Assembly (NCBI GenBank): GCA_016182185.1
Contig: JACOXU010000001.1
Span: forward strand, 274,915 to 338,914
DNA length: 64,000 bases
DNA from: Candidatus Levyibacteriota bacterium
GTDB taxonomy: Bacteria; Patescibacteriota; Microgenomatia; Levybacterales; UBA12049
Direction of reading: 5' to 3'
The notes below the pieces were generated by a model, which worked only from the letters and a program-made list of their open reading frames with translations, was not told where the DNA came from and searched no databases. Each line of letters begins with the position of its first letter. The stretch's first letter is position 1. A program made the translations under genes and the position numbers. Below are positions 29,012 through 39,081 of the stretch, piece by piece.

Positions 29012-30742
29012 TTATTCTCCTGATTTAATTAAAACATAAGCATTTTCCTCTACCGGGTACTGGATGATTTTTTGTTTCAAGGAAAAAACTACCGGTCGGC
29101 TTGGGAAATTAAAAACTTCAACTGTTGAGACTTCCTTCGGCTTTCTATTTTCTGAAGTTATGATCAATGTCCTTTGGAGGCTCAGATCTTTTCCCCAATC
29201 AATATCTCTGAATTCATATTTACCAAACGACTTGACTTCGCTGAAACCCTCTGAATCATCAGGAAGACGTTCTGTTGTTTTCTGAAATTCCCAAGGAGAA
29301 TAAGGTATATAAAAAAGAAGTGAAGTATAAATAAAACCTGCATATTTATCGAAAATAATTTTTTCATATTCTGTCTCATGTTCTTTAATAAAAAGGGCTA
29401 CTTTCTTATCTTCTGATCTCCATGCTTTTGCATAAATTACTGGAAACCGAATATAGTAAGATGTAAAGTAAAATATTAGATTGTAGATGATGATAGACCC
29501 AATAACAACAAATAGAGCAACCTTTAATTTGTAATTTTTAATATCATTAAGCCATTTGGTAAAAAAGATAAACCCATAAGCTGAGAAAATTACAAATGGT
29601 GCAATAAGAAAAAAACTGCGCGTTGCGTGAGGTGATTCGCGCGTTAAAGCTGCAACCAGAATTGTTAAAACTGACCAACCAAACAAAAGAAAACCCCATC
29701 GGTATTTTTTATTAAATATTTCAATAGCACCCAAAGATATAAAAAGAATTTCAATTAAATAGAATTGTCCAACGTTCCCAATACCATGATTTCCATGTGT
29801 TGATCCAGTAATAAAGAAGAAAGAAGAAGAGAGATACGAAGCAATATTTTCAATATATTTCCAAAGAGTTAATAATTTTAAATTGAAAAATATTTTTGTA
29901 AATAAACTCGATAAATCAACAAGATAAGCTCTAAACTCTAAAAGATTTGCCTGTATTTGGGCGCTTGTAGTAATAAGCGTTCCGCTTGAGGAAGAAATTC
30001 CTCCGCCTGAAAAAAATGTTTTTAAGAATGGCACGAGAAAGATAAAAGATATTATAAATGTCGATATTATTTCGATTTTTTTTATGTTGCCCATTTGTTT
30101 CTTGTAAGTCATTACGAACAACAAATAGAGTGCAGGGGCCAGTAATCTTGTCAAATTATAAGAATAAAAAGATATGATAAAGCATATTGTACCCATTAAA
30201 AACGCACCTTTACTTCTTTTATTAAAAGATTTCAATAGCAGGAGTCCGCCAACTATAAATAAAAATAGCGAGATGCTAACCTCAAAAGTTGCCCTGCTGT
30301 AATGCAGATGCCAGGGATTTATAGCCAGTATAAAAGAACTTATTAGAGCAAAATAATTTGTATCTATCTCCTTTCCTCTTATTGTTAATCTTTTTTCGTT
30401 TATTAATTCTTTTATAAAAAAATAGAACATAATTACTGTCAGAAATCCAAAAAATGCAGAGGGGAAGCGAACTGCAAATTCAGTCAACCCAAAAATTTTT
30501 ATAGATAAAACTGTTGAATAAATATAAACAGGGAGCTTCCAATCACCAAATGATTTAAAGTAAAGAGGCATAAACTTACCATATTCATCTCTTCCAGTCT
30601 CGAGTATCGAATAGGCATTATAACCAATGGCTGATTCATCTTGATAAAATCCGTATGGAATTTCACCTAGTTTATAGAATCTTAAAAAAAAGGAAGTAAA
30701 AATGATCAAAGTAAAAAGTATAATTTCAATCTTTCTATTCAT
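29012..30742 (-). CDS. ArnT/PMT-like GT-C membrane glycosyltransferase, family A paralog
   Basis: 576 aa with YQDESAIGYNAYS and INPWHL motifs. Confidence 0.7.
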   Translation of the reverse strand: MNRKIEIILFTLIIFTSFFLRFYKLGEIPYGFYQDESAIGYNAYSILETGRDEYGKFMPLYFKSFGDWKLPVYIYSTVLSIKIFGLTEFAVRFPSAFFGFLTVIMFYFFIKELINEKRLTIRGKEIDTNYFALISSFILAINPWHLHYSRATFEVSISLFLFIVGGLLLLKSFNKRSKGAFLMGTICFIISFYSYNLTRLLAPALYLLFVMTYKKQMGNIKKIEIISTFIISFIFLVPFLKTFFSGGGISSSSGTLITTSAQIQANLLEFRAYLVDLSSLFTKIFFNLKLLTLWKYIENIASYLSSSFFFITGSTHGNHGIGNVGQFYLIEILFISLGAIEIFNKKYRWGFLLFGWSVLTILVAALTRESPHATRSFFLIAPFVIFSAYGFIFFTKWLNDIKNYKLKVALFVVIGSIIIYNLIFYFTSYYIRFPVIYAKAWRSEDKKVALFIKEHETEYEKIIFDKYAGFIYTSLLFYIPYSPWEFQKTTERLPDDSEGFSEVKSFGKYEFRDIDWGKDLSLQRTLIITSENRKPKEVSTVEVFNFPSRPVVFSLKQKIIQYPVEENAYVLIKSGE

Positions 30743-33104
30743 TTTTTACTAAACGGGGAATTAGTATTAAAAACCCCGATAATGCAATTAGACTTATTAT
30801 ACTAACTTTTATACCTAAAACGAAGGAATCAGGTGTATAACTGAAGATAACAGTATGTTTCCCGGATGGCACAATAATTGCTCTGAAGGCATAATTTGCG
30901 CGATAAATTTTTGTCTCTTTTCCATCAACAAATGCTTTCCATGAGGGATAAAAAACATCCGAGATAAATAATAGCTGTTTTCTTTCAGTCTTTGAGTTAA
31001 GTATAACCTTATTGGGGTTGTAAGAAATGAGTCCTACTTGCCCAGAAGATCCCTGATCAATATTTTCTGCAAGATTTTCCTCGAGTAAAATTGTCCTTCG
31101 AGGATCAAAATTTTCTGAAAAGAAATTGTTTTCGAATTCCTGATCAGTTTTAAAAACTTTATAATTTGACGCCAGGAATACCCGGGGCAGAGCTTTTTGA
31201 TTTTCTAAAACTAGCCAATTGTTAGTTTCATGAATCAGCTTGAATCTTTCTTTGGGAAATGTGATTTCCGTACTCCCATTTTCTACCCTATCAAGAATAT
31301 ATTTAATACCGAGAATATCTAAAATTCTTAATCTGTAAATATTTGACGGCAGATCTTTTTCTCCAAAACCAGGAGCAATTATTGCATCAGAACGATTTTC
31401 ATTTATAAAAACTTTTTTAATTTTTCCGTTTTTTGAACTTTGAATAAATTCACCATATCTTTTGGGATAAATGGGGTCATATCCGTCTGGGGAGAAAAAC
31501 TCAAACTGCGTTGCAAAATTCGCTTCAATTGCCGCTCCCCCATATCCCCAAACTCTGTCTATTCCTGCTGTTTTTTTTAGATAATCTATTATAGAGGCTT
31601 GAGGGAAAACCAAGTTTTTGGGAACAAAAGGATTAAATTTTTGAAAAAAATAAAAAAGGTCAAAAACTGTAACGATAACAAAAATCAGAGCAATAAACTT
31701 GCGGTTTAATTTGAATATCTTAGCAATTAAAATAAGGAGTATAAATGTTCCGAGAATTAAACTTGAATAAATAAAATTCTTTGTGCTAGTTTGGGAATGA
31801 ATTGCCAAAATATATATCCATAAAAATAAAAATAAAAGTCCAATGAAAGTAGCTACTCTATATAATTTACCTTCATTTTTAATAAACCTTTCTATTCCAA
31901 AACCTGCCAAGATACTCAAGGAAAATGAAAGCAGAAATAAAGCATTCGTCGGAGATCCAGTTGAAAAAAATGGAATATTAACTGAATAAAGTAATTCTGT
32001 TAAAAAAGATCTTGTTAGAAAGACCAATAACACAATAAAAGCTATTAAAAAAAATTTAATCTGGTACTTTTTTTTAAAATCAAAGAGGGAGAAAATAGCA
32101 AAGATTAAAGGAATTAAACCAACATACATCGCATTTCCGGGATACGAATCTGATAAAAGATAATTTTGAGAAGCTGGATTACCGAAAAAATCCGGGGACA
32201 CAAAAAGAATTAGTTGATTGAACTGAATAAGTAAATTTTCTAGTAAAAATTTGTAATCTTGACTCGTACGCGCTGACAGATTTATCAGTTCTATTGTTGG
32301 AAAAAGCTGAAAGGAAGAAATTCCCCAAAAAAGAATAATTAAAGAAAAAAAGACTGCTAAAAGTATATTTCTTCTATTATTTTTAAAGTCGTTATAAATA
32401 ATTCTTGTTGTTGCGTAAATTACAATAAATATTAATGAGAAAACGAAAATTTGAATATGTCCTGCTAAAAATGAGAACAAAAGTGAGACAATAAAAAAAA
32501 TAATATTCCAAGAATTTATTTTTTTTATTAGACGTTCAACAAAATACAGGCTTAAGGGCAGCCATAGAATTACATGCCCGATCGTATTGTATTGACTAAA
32601 GACAGTCATAAATAATGAATAAGGAAAAATGATGGCCGAAAAAATTGAACCATATTTTCCCATCTTTATTTCTCTTGCAAAAAGATAACTAAAAATTCCA
32701 GCAAGAAGCGGTTGAAGCATCACCAACAGGCTCCAGGCAGTCACTTGTGAAAAAAAGAAATATAATATAGTAAATGGATAGAATACTGCAGACTGAGAGT
32801 TAGCAAGAATAGGAGAGCCTGAAAAATTATATGGATTCCAAAAAGGAATTTCTCCTTTTTTTAAACTATCGATGGAAAGAGTCCTCCAGGGATAAATTTG
32901 CTTAAGCGTATCAAAATACTGAGCCTTATCAGGATATGTTCCTGGATTATAACCAAGATATGAATATGTCTTCCAGGGAGAATAATGAGTTATTAAATTA
33001 TCTGCGGGAAAAGGAATAAGTCCATTTAAAAAGGATTTATAGAAAAAAAATATTAGTATAAAAAGAAAAATACCGATTGCAAAAATAAATTCTCTAATTT
33101 TCAT
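30735..33104 (-). CDS. YfhO-like GT-C membrane glycosyltransferase, family C paralog
   Basis: 789 aa with IPFWNPYNFSGSPILANSQSAVFYPF. Confidence 0.6.
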   Translation of the reverse strand: MKIREFIFAIGIFLFILIFFFYKSFLNGLIPFPADNLITHYSPWKTYSYLGYNPGTYPDKAQYFDTLKQIYPWRTLSIDSLKKGEIPFWNPYNFSGSPILANSQSAVFYPFTILYFFFSQVTAWSLLVMLQPLLAGIFSYLFAREIKMGKYGSIFSAIIFPYSLFMTVFSQYNTIGHVILWLPLSLYFVERLIKKINSWNIIFFIVSLLFSFLAGHIQIFVFSLIFIVIYATTRIIYNDFKNNRRNILLAVFFSLIILFWGISSFQLFPTIELINLSARTSQDYKFLLENLLIQFNQLILFVSPDFFGNPASQNYLLSDSYPGNAMYVGLIPLIFAIFSLFDFKKKYQIKFFLIAFIVLLVFLTRSFLTELLYSVNIPFFSTGSPTNALFLLSFSLSILAGFGIERFIKNEGKLYRVATFIGLLFLFLWIYILAIHSQTSTKNFIYSSLILGTFILLILIAKIFKLNRKFIALIFVIVTVFDLFYFFQKFNPFVPKNLVFPQASIIDYLKKTAGIDRVWGYGGAAIEANFATQFEFFSPDGYDPIYPKRYGEFIQSSKNGKIKKVFINENRSDAIIAPGFGEKDLPSNIYRLRILDILGIKYILDRVENGSTEITFPKERFKLIHETNNWLVLENQKALPRVFLASNYKVFKTDQEFENNFFSENFDPRRTILLEENLAENIDQGSSGQVGLISYNPNKVILNSKTERKQLLFISDVFYPSWKAFVDGKETKIYRANYAFRAIIVPSGKHTVIFSYTPDSFVLGIKVSIISLIALSGFLILIPRLVKNE

Positions 33105-33107
33105 ATA

Positions 33108-34766
33108 TTAACTTCTATATTTCCGAAGTATTTTTTTGAAATTATTAGACGCTACTCCGATAAGAATGATTGCTATAAACGAAAAGAGGCTTAATAAATT
33201 CGCGAATAATCGCAACCTAGTCTCAGTAAAAATAACTTTTATATTATGTTCTCCTTTTGGAACTTTAAATTCTATCTCTCCTCTATAATTTATGTCTTGA
33301 AATTCTATCTCAACAGGCTTTTCATCAACATAAGCCCTCCATCCCGGAAAATATTGAGTATGATCAACTAGAGTCGTATTTGATTTAGCATCTACTTCAA
33401 ATATATGCAAGTTTGATTTCTTAGAAAAACCTTTTATTACTGCACTACCGTCAATAACTTCTACTCTTTGCTTGGGATACGACTTCGCCGGACCAGCCGA
33501 CCAAATAACATCAGCCTCTCCATAATAAGTAGTATTAAGAGGGAAATTCCAGTAATATTTCTCATCAATTTGATCGTATCCCTCCTTAGTCTGCCAAAAG
33601 GGAATACTTAAGGCAATTATTATAAAAATCAATGATAAATATATCCATTTTTTTTTAAAAAAACTAAAGGATAGAAAACTTGAAGCCGCAAAAGATGTAG
33701 AAAAAACTATACCAGACAAAAATCTCCATGGAAATTGAAATTGTCGAAGTAATGAAATTTTTCTCCAGACAATATTTGAAATGGGGCTCATAAACAATAA
33801 AGAAATCCCGAATATAAAAAGAGAGAAAATAAGTATTTTTTTTATTGTCGGATCTATTTTTCTTCTAATAATTATAAATATCGAAAAAATAACCGTTAAA
33901 ACATGAGGAATTCCAATTTGAACTGGCACATTTCCAGTCCAGAACATTGGGCTATTAATGATATTGGGAGTAAAAAGATTTTTAAAAGAGGGAAAATTAT
34001 TAAGATACACATCTTTCATAAATAAATCTCCATAGGTATACTTATGTTCCAAAATTGCAGGCAGGGAGTAAAAAGCAGACGAAGAAATTCCAAGAGAAAC
34101 AGCAATAAATGCCCAAATTAAATCTTTTTTTCTTTTGGCAAAAAATAAAATGTAGCCAACCGAAATTACAAAAAATATCAAGCTTATCGAATTATGAGAA
34201 ATAATAAGAAGAAAAGTTGCCAAAGAAGTGATGACCAAACCTCTTCTGTAAAATTTTTTAAAGATAAGCGTAATTCCGTACAAAACAAGAGGTAAAAAAG
34301 CATAAGTATATGTCTCTCCAAATGCTCCACGAGTTGTTATCTCAACGATTCTAAAGGTTGCAAACTGATAAAAAATAGTAACCAAAAAAGCTCTCTTGAG
34401 ATCCTCAAAAAACTCTTTTGCGAACATAAACATAAAAAGCCCCGAAAGAATATAGCTTAATGATATTGTTAGCTTAAAGGTGCCCACAAGCCCGAAGCCT
34501 AAAAATAGAAAAATTGATGAAAGTAAATAAGGTAGCGGATAAATAAAATTAAAAAGAGGCATGCCATATCCGTAATTCAAATCCCCTGCAAATCGTACTG
34601 GAAACTGACCATCTTGTAGTGCTTTAAAATATGCCGCGATTCGAGGCAAATGCACCAATCCATCATGAGTATGAACTAATTTATCCGTCAGAAAAATGTT
34701 TATTAGAGGAAGGATTGATAATATTGTGATTAATAAAAAGGGGACTGCGGTATTTCGGAATTTCAT
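33108..34766 (-). CDS. Family B polytopic membrane protein (GT-C-like)
   Basis: 552 aa with VHTHDGLVHLPRIAAYFKALQDGQFPVRFAGDLNYGYGMPLFNFIYPLPY. Confidence 0.55.
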   Translation of the reverse strand: MKFRNTAVPFLLITILSILPLINIFLTDKLVHTHDGLVHLPRIAAYFKALQDGQFPVRFAGDLNYGYGMPLFNFIYPLPYLLSSIFLFLGFGLVGTFKLTISLSYILSGLFMFMFAKEFFEDLKRAFLVTIFYQFATFRIVEITTRGAFGETYTYAFLPLVLYGITLIFKKFYRRGLVITSLATFLLIISHNSISLIFFVISVGYILFFAKRKKDLIWAFIAVSLGISSSAFYSLPAILEHKYTYGDLFMKDVYLNNFPSFKNLFTPNIINSPMFWTGNVPVQIGIPHVLTVIFSIFIIIRRKIDPTIKKILIFSLFIFGISLLFMSPISNIVWRKISLLRQFQFPWRFLSGIVFSTSFAASSFLSFSFFKKKWIYLSLIFIIIALSIPFWQTKEGYDQIDEKYYWNFPLNTTYYGEADVIWSAGPAKSYPKQRVEVIDGSAVIKGFSKKSNLHIFEVDAKSNTTLVDHTQYFPGWRAYVDEKPVEIEFQDINYRGEIEFKVPKGEHNIKVIFTETRLRLFANLLSLFSFIAIILIGVASNNFKKILRKYRS

Positions 34767-34780
34767 ATTCTGTCATGAGC

Positions 34781-36298
34781 TCAAATTTCTACTCTATAAA
34801 GTCTCGTGTAAGAATCTCCAACGCCCTTTTTATACTCAAGAATCAATTTAAGCGGCCAATCTTTCGAAGCATCTTCAAATTCATGCTGGTTTGATATCAA
34901 TACATACACTGGTATAGTTTTGGCTCTTTCAATTAGATCTTCAGGAATTTTTGAAGGTACAGGAAAAATTCCACGCTTACCAACATTTTTATTATCACCG
35001 AAATATATTTCAATTGAATAAGTTGGGAGAGATCCGAAGGTTCCCAGTGAAGCCACGTAGATTTTGCCCTTTTTGACTTCTTTATCAAGATAACTAACAA
35101 CCTCTTTTATACCTCCGCCTGCCGGCCAGTCATTAATATACTGACCAAGGTCTGCCTTTGGAATTGGAGCATTAGCAAAATCAGTAAGAATAAAATAATC
35201 ACTACGTATGGCTGCAAAAGAAAATAAAAACAGTAGCACATAAAATATATATTTGTTGTTTAACCTATTGAAGATTTCATAGGTTAAAAAGGCAATAAGA
35301 GGAAGTAAGGACAACGTCATGAAGAAAATAAATCTCGGATAAAGAACTCTCCCAAATAGTGCGAGCGCAACAAAGGGAATAATAAACCAAAGAAAAAGAA
35401 GGATTTTTTCCTTTGTAAATTTTAGGGAAATAAAGAAAGACAATACGATAAGAATAAGAAATGGCCAGGTCATGTAATTAATAAACCAATCAAAAATACC
35501 CTTTATATTTCCAATAAGATAAGTAAAAGGGTGACCCAGCCAATCTCGAAGTGGATAAACAAAAATTGAATTTTTTTCTGCTATAACATGAAAAAGTGGT
35601 GAGAGACGTTGAATTGAATAATAGCCGTAAGAAGCTATAATGACTATAACCGCAAGCCCTATCCATTTTAGCAGTCTCTCCAAACGTCTTTTTTTCGACC
35701 AATCAAAAATTATCAATACAAATGGCGCAAGATAAATATTGAAAAATCCTGACGTCTTAGTAAGAACTCCTCCACCTATTACCATTCCCAGAATAAGAGC
35801 TACATCAAGTCTTGGTTTTTTTACAAGAAGTATCCAAAGATACAAACTCCAAACAGCAAATGCACCTACTAAACTGTCGTAAAGAGCCATGCGATCATAA
35901 ACCAAGGCAAAAGGATAAATTATATAAAGCCCCGCGGACAAAATTCCAATCCATCGATTTTTAAAAATTTCTTTTCCCAAAAGAAAGAGCCCGATCATTG
36001 TAAAAAAACCTGCAACTGTAGAAACCATTCTTCCAGACAATAAGGGATCTTGAATAAAACGCATTAAAATCATATCGAACCAAACAAATAGAGGTTGCTT
36101 TCCATCACTTAGTGAAATAAATCTCCAGTTTGCATCATATCGGGCTATTTGAGACCAGCGGGTATAGATCGCCTCATCTGTAAAAATCGGGAGCGACATT
36201 ATATTGTAAAGTCTGAGGAAAAAATAAGAAACGACTCCTAGAAAAGAGGCAATTATCTCTGTCTGGAATTTTTTGATATCTTTAAAAAAAACTTTCAC
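34781..36298 (-). CDS. ArnT/PMT-like GT-C membrane glycosyltransferase (divergent family A member)
   Basis: 505 aa with an N-terminal loop PIFTDEAIYTRW (the D-E motif) and a multi-TM region. Confidence 0.55.
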   Translation of the reverse strand: MKVFFKDIKKFQTEIIASFLGVVSYFFLRLYNIMSLPIFTDEAIYTRWSQIARYDANWRFISLSDGKQPLFVWFDMILMRFIQDPLLSGRMVSTVAGFFTMIGLFLLGKEIFKNRWIGILSAGLYIIYPFALVYDRMALYDSLVGAFAVWSLYLWILLVKKPRLDVALILGMVIGGGVLTKTSGFFNIYLAPFVLIIFDWSKKRRLERLLKWIGLAVIVIIASYGYYSIQRLSPLFHVIAEKNSIFVYPLRDWLGHPFTYLIGNIKGIFDWFINYMTWPFLILIVLSFFISLKFTKEKILLFLWFIIPFVALALFGRVLYPRFIFFMTLSLLPLIAFLTYEIFNRLNNKYIFYVLLFLFSFAAIRSDYFILTDFANAPIPKADLGQYINDWPAGGGIKEVVSYLDKEVKKGKIYVASLGTFGSLPTYSIEIYFGDNKNVGKRGIFPVPSKIPEDLIERAKTIPVYVLISNQHEFEDASKDWPLKLILEYKKGVGDSYTRLYRVEI

Positions 36299-36313
36299 AA
36301 ACTAATTCTATCA

Positions 36314-37519
36314 TTATTTTTTAGCTCTTACTATATTATTTAAAGCATATACTGCTCCTGTTAATGCCAGTGATAATATTATCCCAGCTGAGGTAAGCCA
36401 AAACAATATTTGAGGAACAGGATAATTCCAGTCGCCTTTTAATAAAAATGGGATATATTGTGAAAGCGAGAAAAAAGACATAGTCAAAACAGGAATTAAA
36501 ATATAATATTTTTTGCTTGTTAGACTTACAAAAGGAATTACCAGAAGTAAATACCACGGTTGAAAATTCGTTCTGATAGATACAACAACTACCGCCCCTA
36601 CCATCATAACAGTAATTAAATTTATCAAAAACACGAAATTAATTTGTCGTTTTTTGTAGAAAAAGTAACTTGCTAAATAAACTGGGAATATTAAACCGGT
36701 GGCAAATTTAATTCCTGCCGATAATCCAAGTCCGATCCATGAAAAAATATTTTTTTTATTCAAAAAAAGAAATAGGGAAAAAATTGCAAAAAACATCATG
36801 AGAATATCGTTATGAGAGGAGACTAATCCTTCAATAATTATCAATGGGTTAAATGCGAAAAAAGCAAGTCCAAAAAGACTTTCCTTTGGAGAAACCTTAA
36901 TTAAAATCTTTTCAATAAAATAGGCTGTTCCTAAATAACCTAGGCTCATTAAAAATTTAAAAAGAAAAAAAGTGGGAAGAAAAAAATTGAGTCCGATGAA
37001 TGAAAGTGGAATCGTCAATACCAACCAGAAGGGGCCATATGGATAAAATCTGTGAGTCCAATGCATAAATGAAAGCATGGGGTCATTGGGAAAATCCAAT
37101 GCTTTGTGGGTATATGGATTTTGCTGGTAATAAGTTACGATCTTTGCATCAAAAATATAGTTGAATAAATCATGAGAAAACGCATTGTAAGAAAAGGATA
37201 GAATTATACCTGTAGCAATAATTAAAATCCACAACTGCTGCCTTTTGAATCTATGACTATTAATAAATATCAAATGTAATCCATAGAAAACAAACAACAA
37301 AAATATTATTAAACTGTAAAATCCCGTAGATAATGGACGGTTGAAATATCCAATTTGCTGAAAAAATTTTTGTACTACCTGCCAATATGACCATTGAGAC
37401 AAGGTAAGACTTAAATCGACTTGGGTAAAAGAGTAAAGGAATAATCCGACAATGGTTAATAAATATCCAATGCTAATAAATTTTAAATTTGAAATTTGAA
37501 ATTTGAAATTGGACATCAT
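36314..37519 (-). CDS. Polytopic membrane protein (possible GT-C-like mannosyltransferase)
   Basis: 401 aa with about 10 TM segments. The N-terminus carries a heptamer repeat (MMSNFKFQISNLKFISIG). Confidence 0.4.
   Translation of the reverse strand: MMSNFKFQISNLKFISIGYLLTIVGLFLYSFTQVDLSLTLSQWSYWQVVQKFFQQIGYFNRPLSTGFYSLIIFLLFVFYGLHLIFINSHRFKRQQLWILIIATGIILSFSYNAFSHDLFNYIFDAKIVTYYQQNPYTHKALDFPNDPMLSFMHWTHRFYPYGPFWLVLTIPLSFIGLNFFLPTFFLFKFLMSLGYLGTAYFIEKILIKVSPKESLFGLAFFAFNPLIIIEGLVSSHNDILMMFFAIFSLFLFLNKKNIFSWIGLGLSAGIKFATGLIFPVYLASYFFYKKRQINFVFLINLITVMMVGAVVVVSIRTNFQPWYLLLVIPFVSLTSKKYYILIPVLTMSFFSLSQYIPFLLKGDWNYPVPQILFWLTSAGIILSLALTGAVYALNNIVRAKK
37478..37512. repeat. Heptanucleotide tandem repeat (AAATTTG, 5 units) at codons 3-13 of gene 36314-37519
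   Basis: aaatttt aaatttg aaatttg aaatttg aaattgg. It encodes SNFKFQISNLKF immediately after the start codon. Confidence 0.75.
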
Positions 37520-38283
37520 TATCTGTAAGTTCCTTTTATTGAATTTATTTTTATTTTAATAAGATCAAAAAATCCATCTATTGAATCCCTGAGAGGGCTG
37601 ACTCTTCTTGTTTCAACATAAAGCCAATTTACGGGAACTTCCTTTATCTTATATTTCATTTTCTGGGCAAGAAATAAAAGTTCTACATCAAAACCGGCAG
37701 AAACTTTTGATCCGGAAACTTCAGAAAATCCTTTGTTAATTCTATTTATCTTTTCAAAAAGTTTTTTTGCAACATCATGACGGAATGCCTTAAATCCGCA
37801 CTGAGTATCAGAAATGCCTTTTATTCCTACTATTATACTTCGCAATAACATCATTCCTCTTGCCATCACAAGTCTTGTCCAAGGGGCTCCCTTTCTTTTT
37901 GAATTTCGAGATCCAATAACAATATCAAAACCCTTATCTAAATACGGCATGATTTTGTCAATTTCCTCAATTGGTGTTGCTTGATCCATATCAGTAAAAA
38001 CGACGTATTCTCCTGAAGCTTCAAGTACTCCTTTTGTAACCGCTCCTGCCTTGCCGAGATGGTTATTCTTAATGATTCTAAACTCTGGATTATCTTTTAC
38101 AAACTTTTCCGCAAAATCCACACTTCCATCGGTTGATCCGTCATCTACAATGATAACTTCGAAGCTGTATTTTTGTTTTGTCAGAAAATGTAAAACTTTA
38201 TCCAAAACACCCTTTTGTAGATTGGCCATCTCGTTATAAGAAGGAATGACTACCGAGAGAAAAGGATTATTCATCCTATCCAT
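37519..38283 (-). CDS. GT2 glycosyltransferase, dolichyl/polyprenyl-phosphate sugar synthase-like; first gene of the array
   Basis: LSVVIPSYNEMANL...IIVDDGSTDGS...VFTDMDQATP. TGTATAAT lies directly upstream of the ATG, suggesting a leaderless or near-leaderless start. Confidence 0.7.
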   Translation of the reverse strand: MDRMNNPFLSVVIPSYNEMANLQKGVLDKVLHFLTKQKYSFEVIIVDDGSTDGSVDFAEKFVKDNPEFRIIKNNHLGKAGAVTKGVLEASGEYVVFTDMDQATPIEEIDKIMPYLDKGFDIVIGSRNSKRKGAPWTRLVMARGMMLLRSIIVGIKGISDTQCGFKAFRHDVAKKLFEKINRINKGFSEVSGSKVSAGFDVELLFLAQKMKYKIKEVPVNWLYVETRRVSPLRDSIDGFFDLIKIKINSIKGTYR

Positions 38284-38342
38284 TATACAAAACTACACTT
38301 TCTTTTAAAATAGAAGCTGAAAAAGATTATAGGCACGTTATC

Positions 38343-38371
38343 TTGTTTTTTGACTTAAAATATCCTATAAT
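38343..38371 (+). promoter_or_regulatory. Putative sigma70-like promoter (TTGTTT-17-TATAAT) for the cmk-like gene
   Basis: -35 TTGTTT at 38343-38348 and -10 TATAAT at 38366-38371, 8 nt before the GTG at 38380. Confidence 0.35.
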
Positions 38372-38379
38372 GTGTCACC

Positions 38380-39081
38380 GTGAGCAGAAGGTTGGAAGCC
38401 AGAGGGCAATCTGAAGACATCGTCCCAAAGGAAAGATGGGGGGTTTCTTTTTGCGTGGTTACAATTTCTGGAAAACCCGGTTCCGGAAACACTGCGCTTG
38501 GGCAAGGGCTTGGAGACAAATACGGAGTCGAAGTTAGCCATGTAGGAGAGGCGTATAGAAAAGGAATTGAAGAACATAATATTCCGGTTATAGACTACTC
38601 CAGAAGACCGGTAAAAACAGATGAGGAAATTGACGAGATGCAGGCTCAAGCTATTAGACGCGCGATAGAGATGACCGGTCATCCGATTATAAAAGAATCA
38701 AAACTCGCAGGAGTTATAGCCACAGAGGTTTTGGACAAAACCGATGCAGGACAAAAAGCCTTATCTCCTGTTGCCAGAATTTTAGTGGTGGCAGATGAAA
38801 ATGTGAGAGCAGAAAGGATTCAAAAAAGAGAAAGCGAAAAAAATCCAGGACTTGAGGTTACGCAGGAAGAGATTCAGGACAGAACAAAAAACCGTTGGAA
38901 AAGAGACCTTACAAGATACAGAATTATACATCCTCAACTGGCGGATATTGACCCTTGGGATCCGGAAAGCGCGGATAAATTTTATGATTTTGTAATTGAT
39001 ACGACCGATTTAACTCCTGAAGAGGCAGTTCAAAAAGTACATGAGTTTTTAGCAAGCCGCGGGATGGTTAACTTAACTTAA
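38380..39081 (+). CDS. Archaeal-type cytidylate kinase-like P-loop NMP kinase; true start may be the internal GTG near 38455
   Basis: Walker A VVTISGKPGSGNTALGQGLGDKYGVEV resembles archaeal Cmk (ITISGxPGSGKTT). The ORF is visibly higher in GC than its surroundings. Confidence 0.5.
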   Translation: MSRRLEARGQSEDIVPKERWGVSFCVVTISGKPGSGNTALGQGLGDKYGVEVSHVGEAYRKGIEEHNIPVIDYSRRPVKTDEEIDEMQAQAIRRAIEMTGHPIIKESKLAGVIATEVLDKTDAGQKALSPVARILVVADENVRAERIQKRESEKNPGLEVTQEEIQDRTKNRWKRDLTRYRIIHPQLADIDPWDPESADKFYDFVIDTTDLTPEEAVQKVHEFLASRGMVNLT

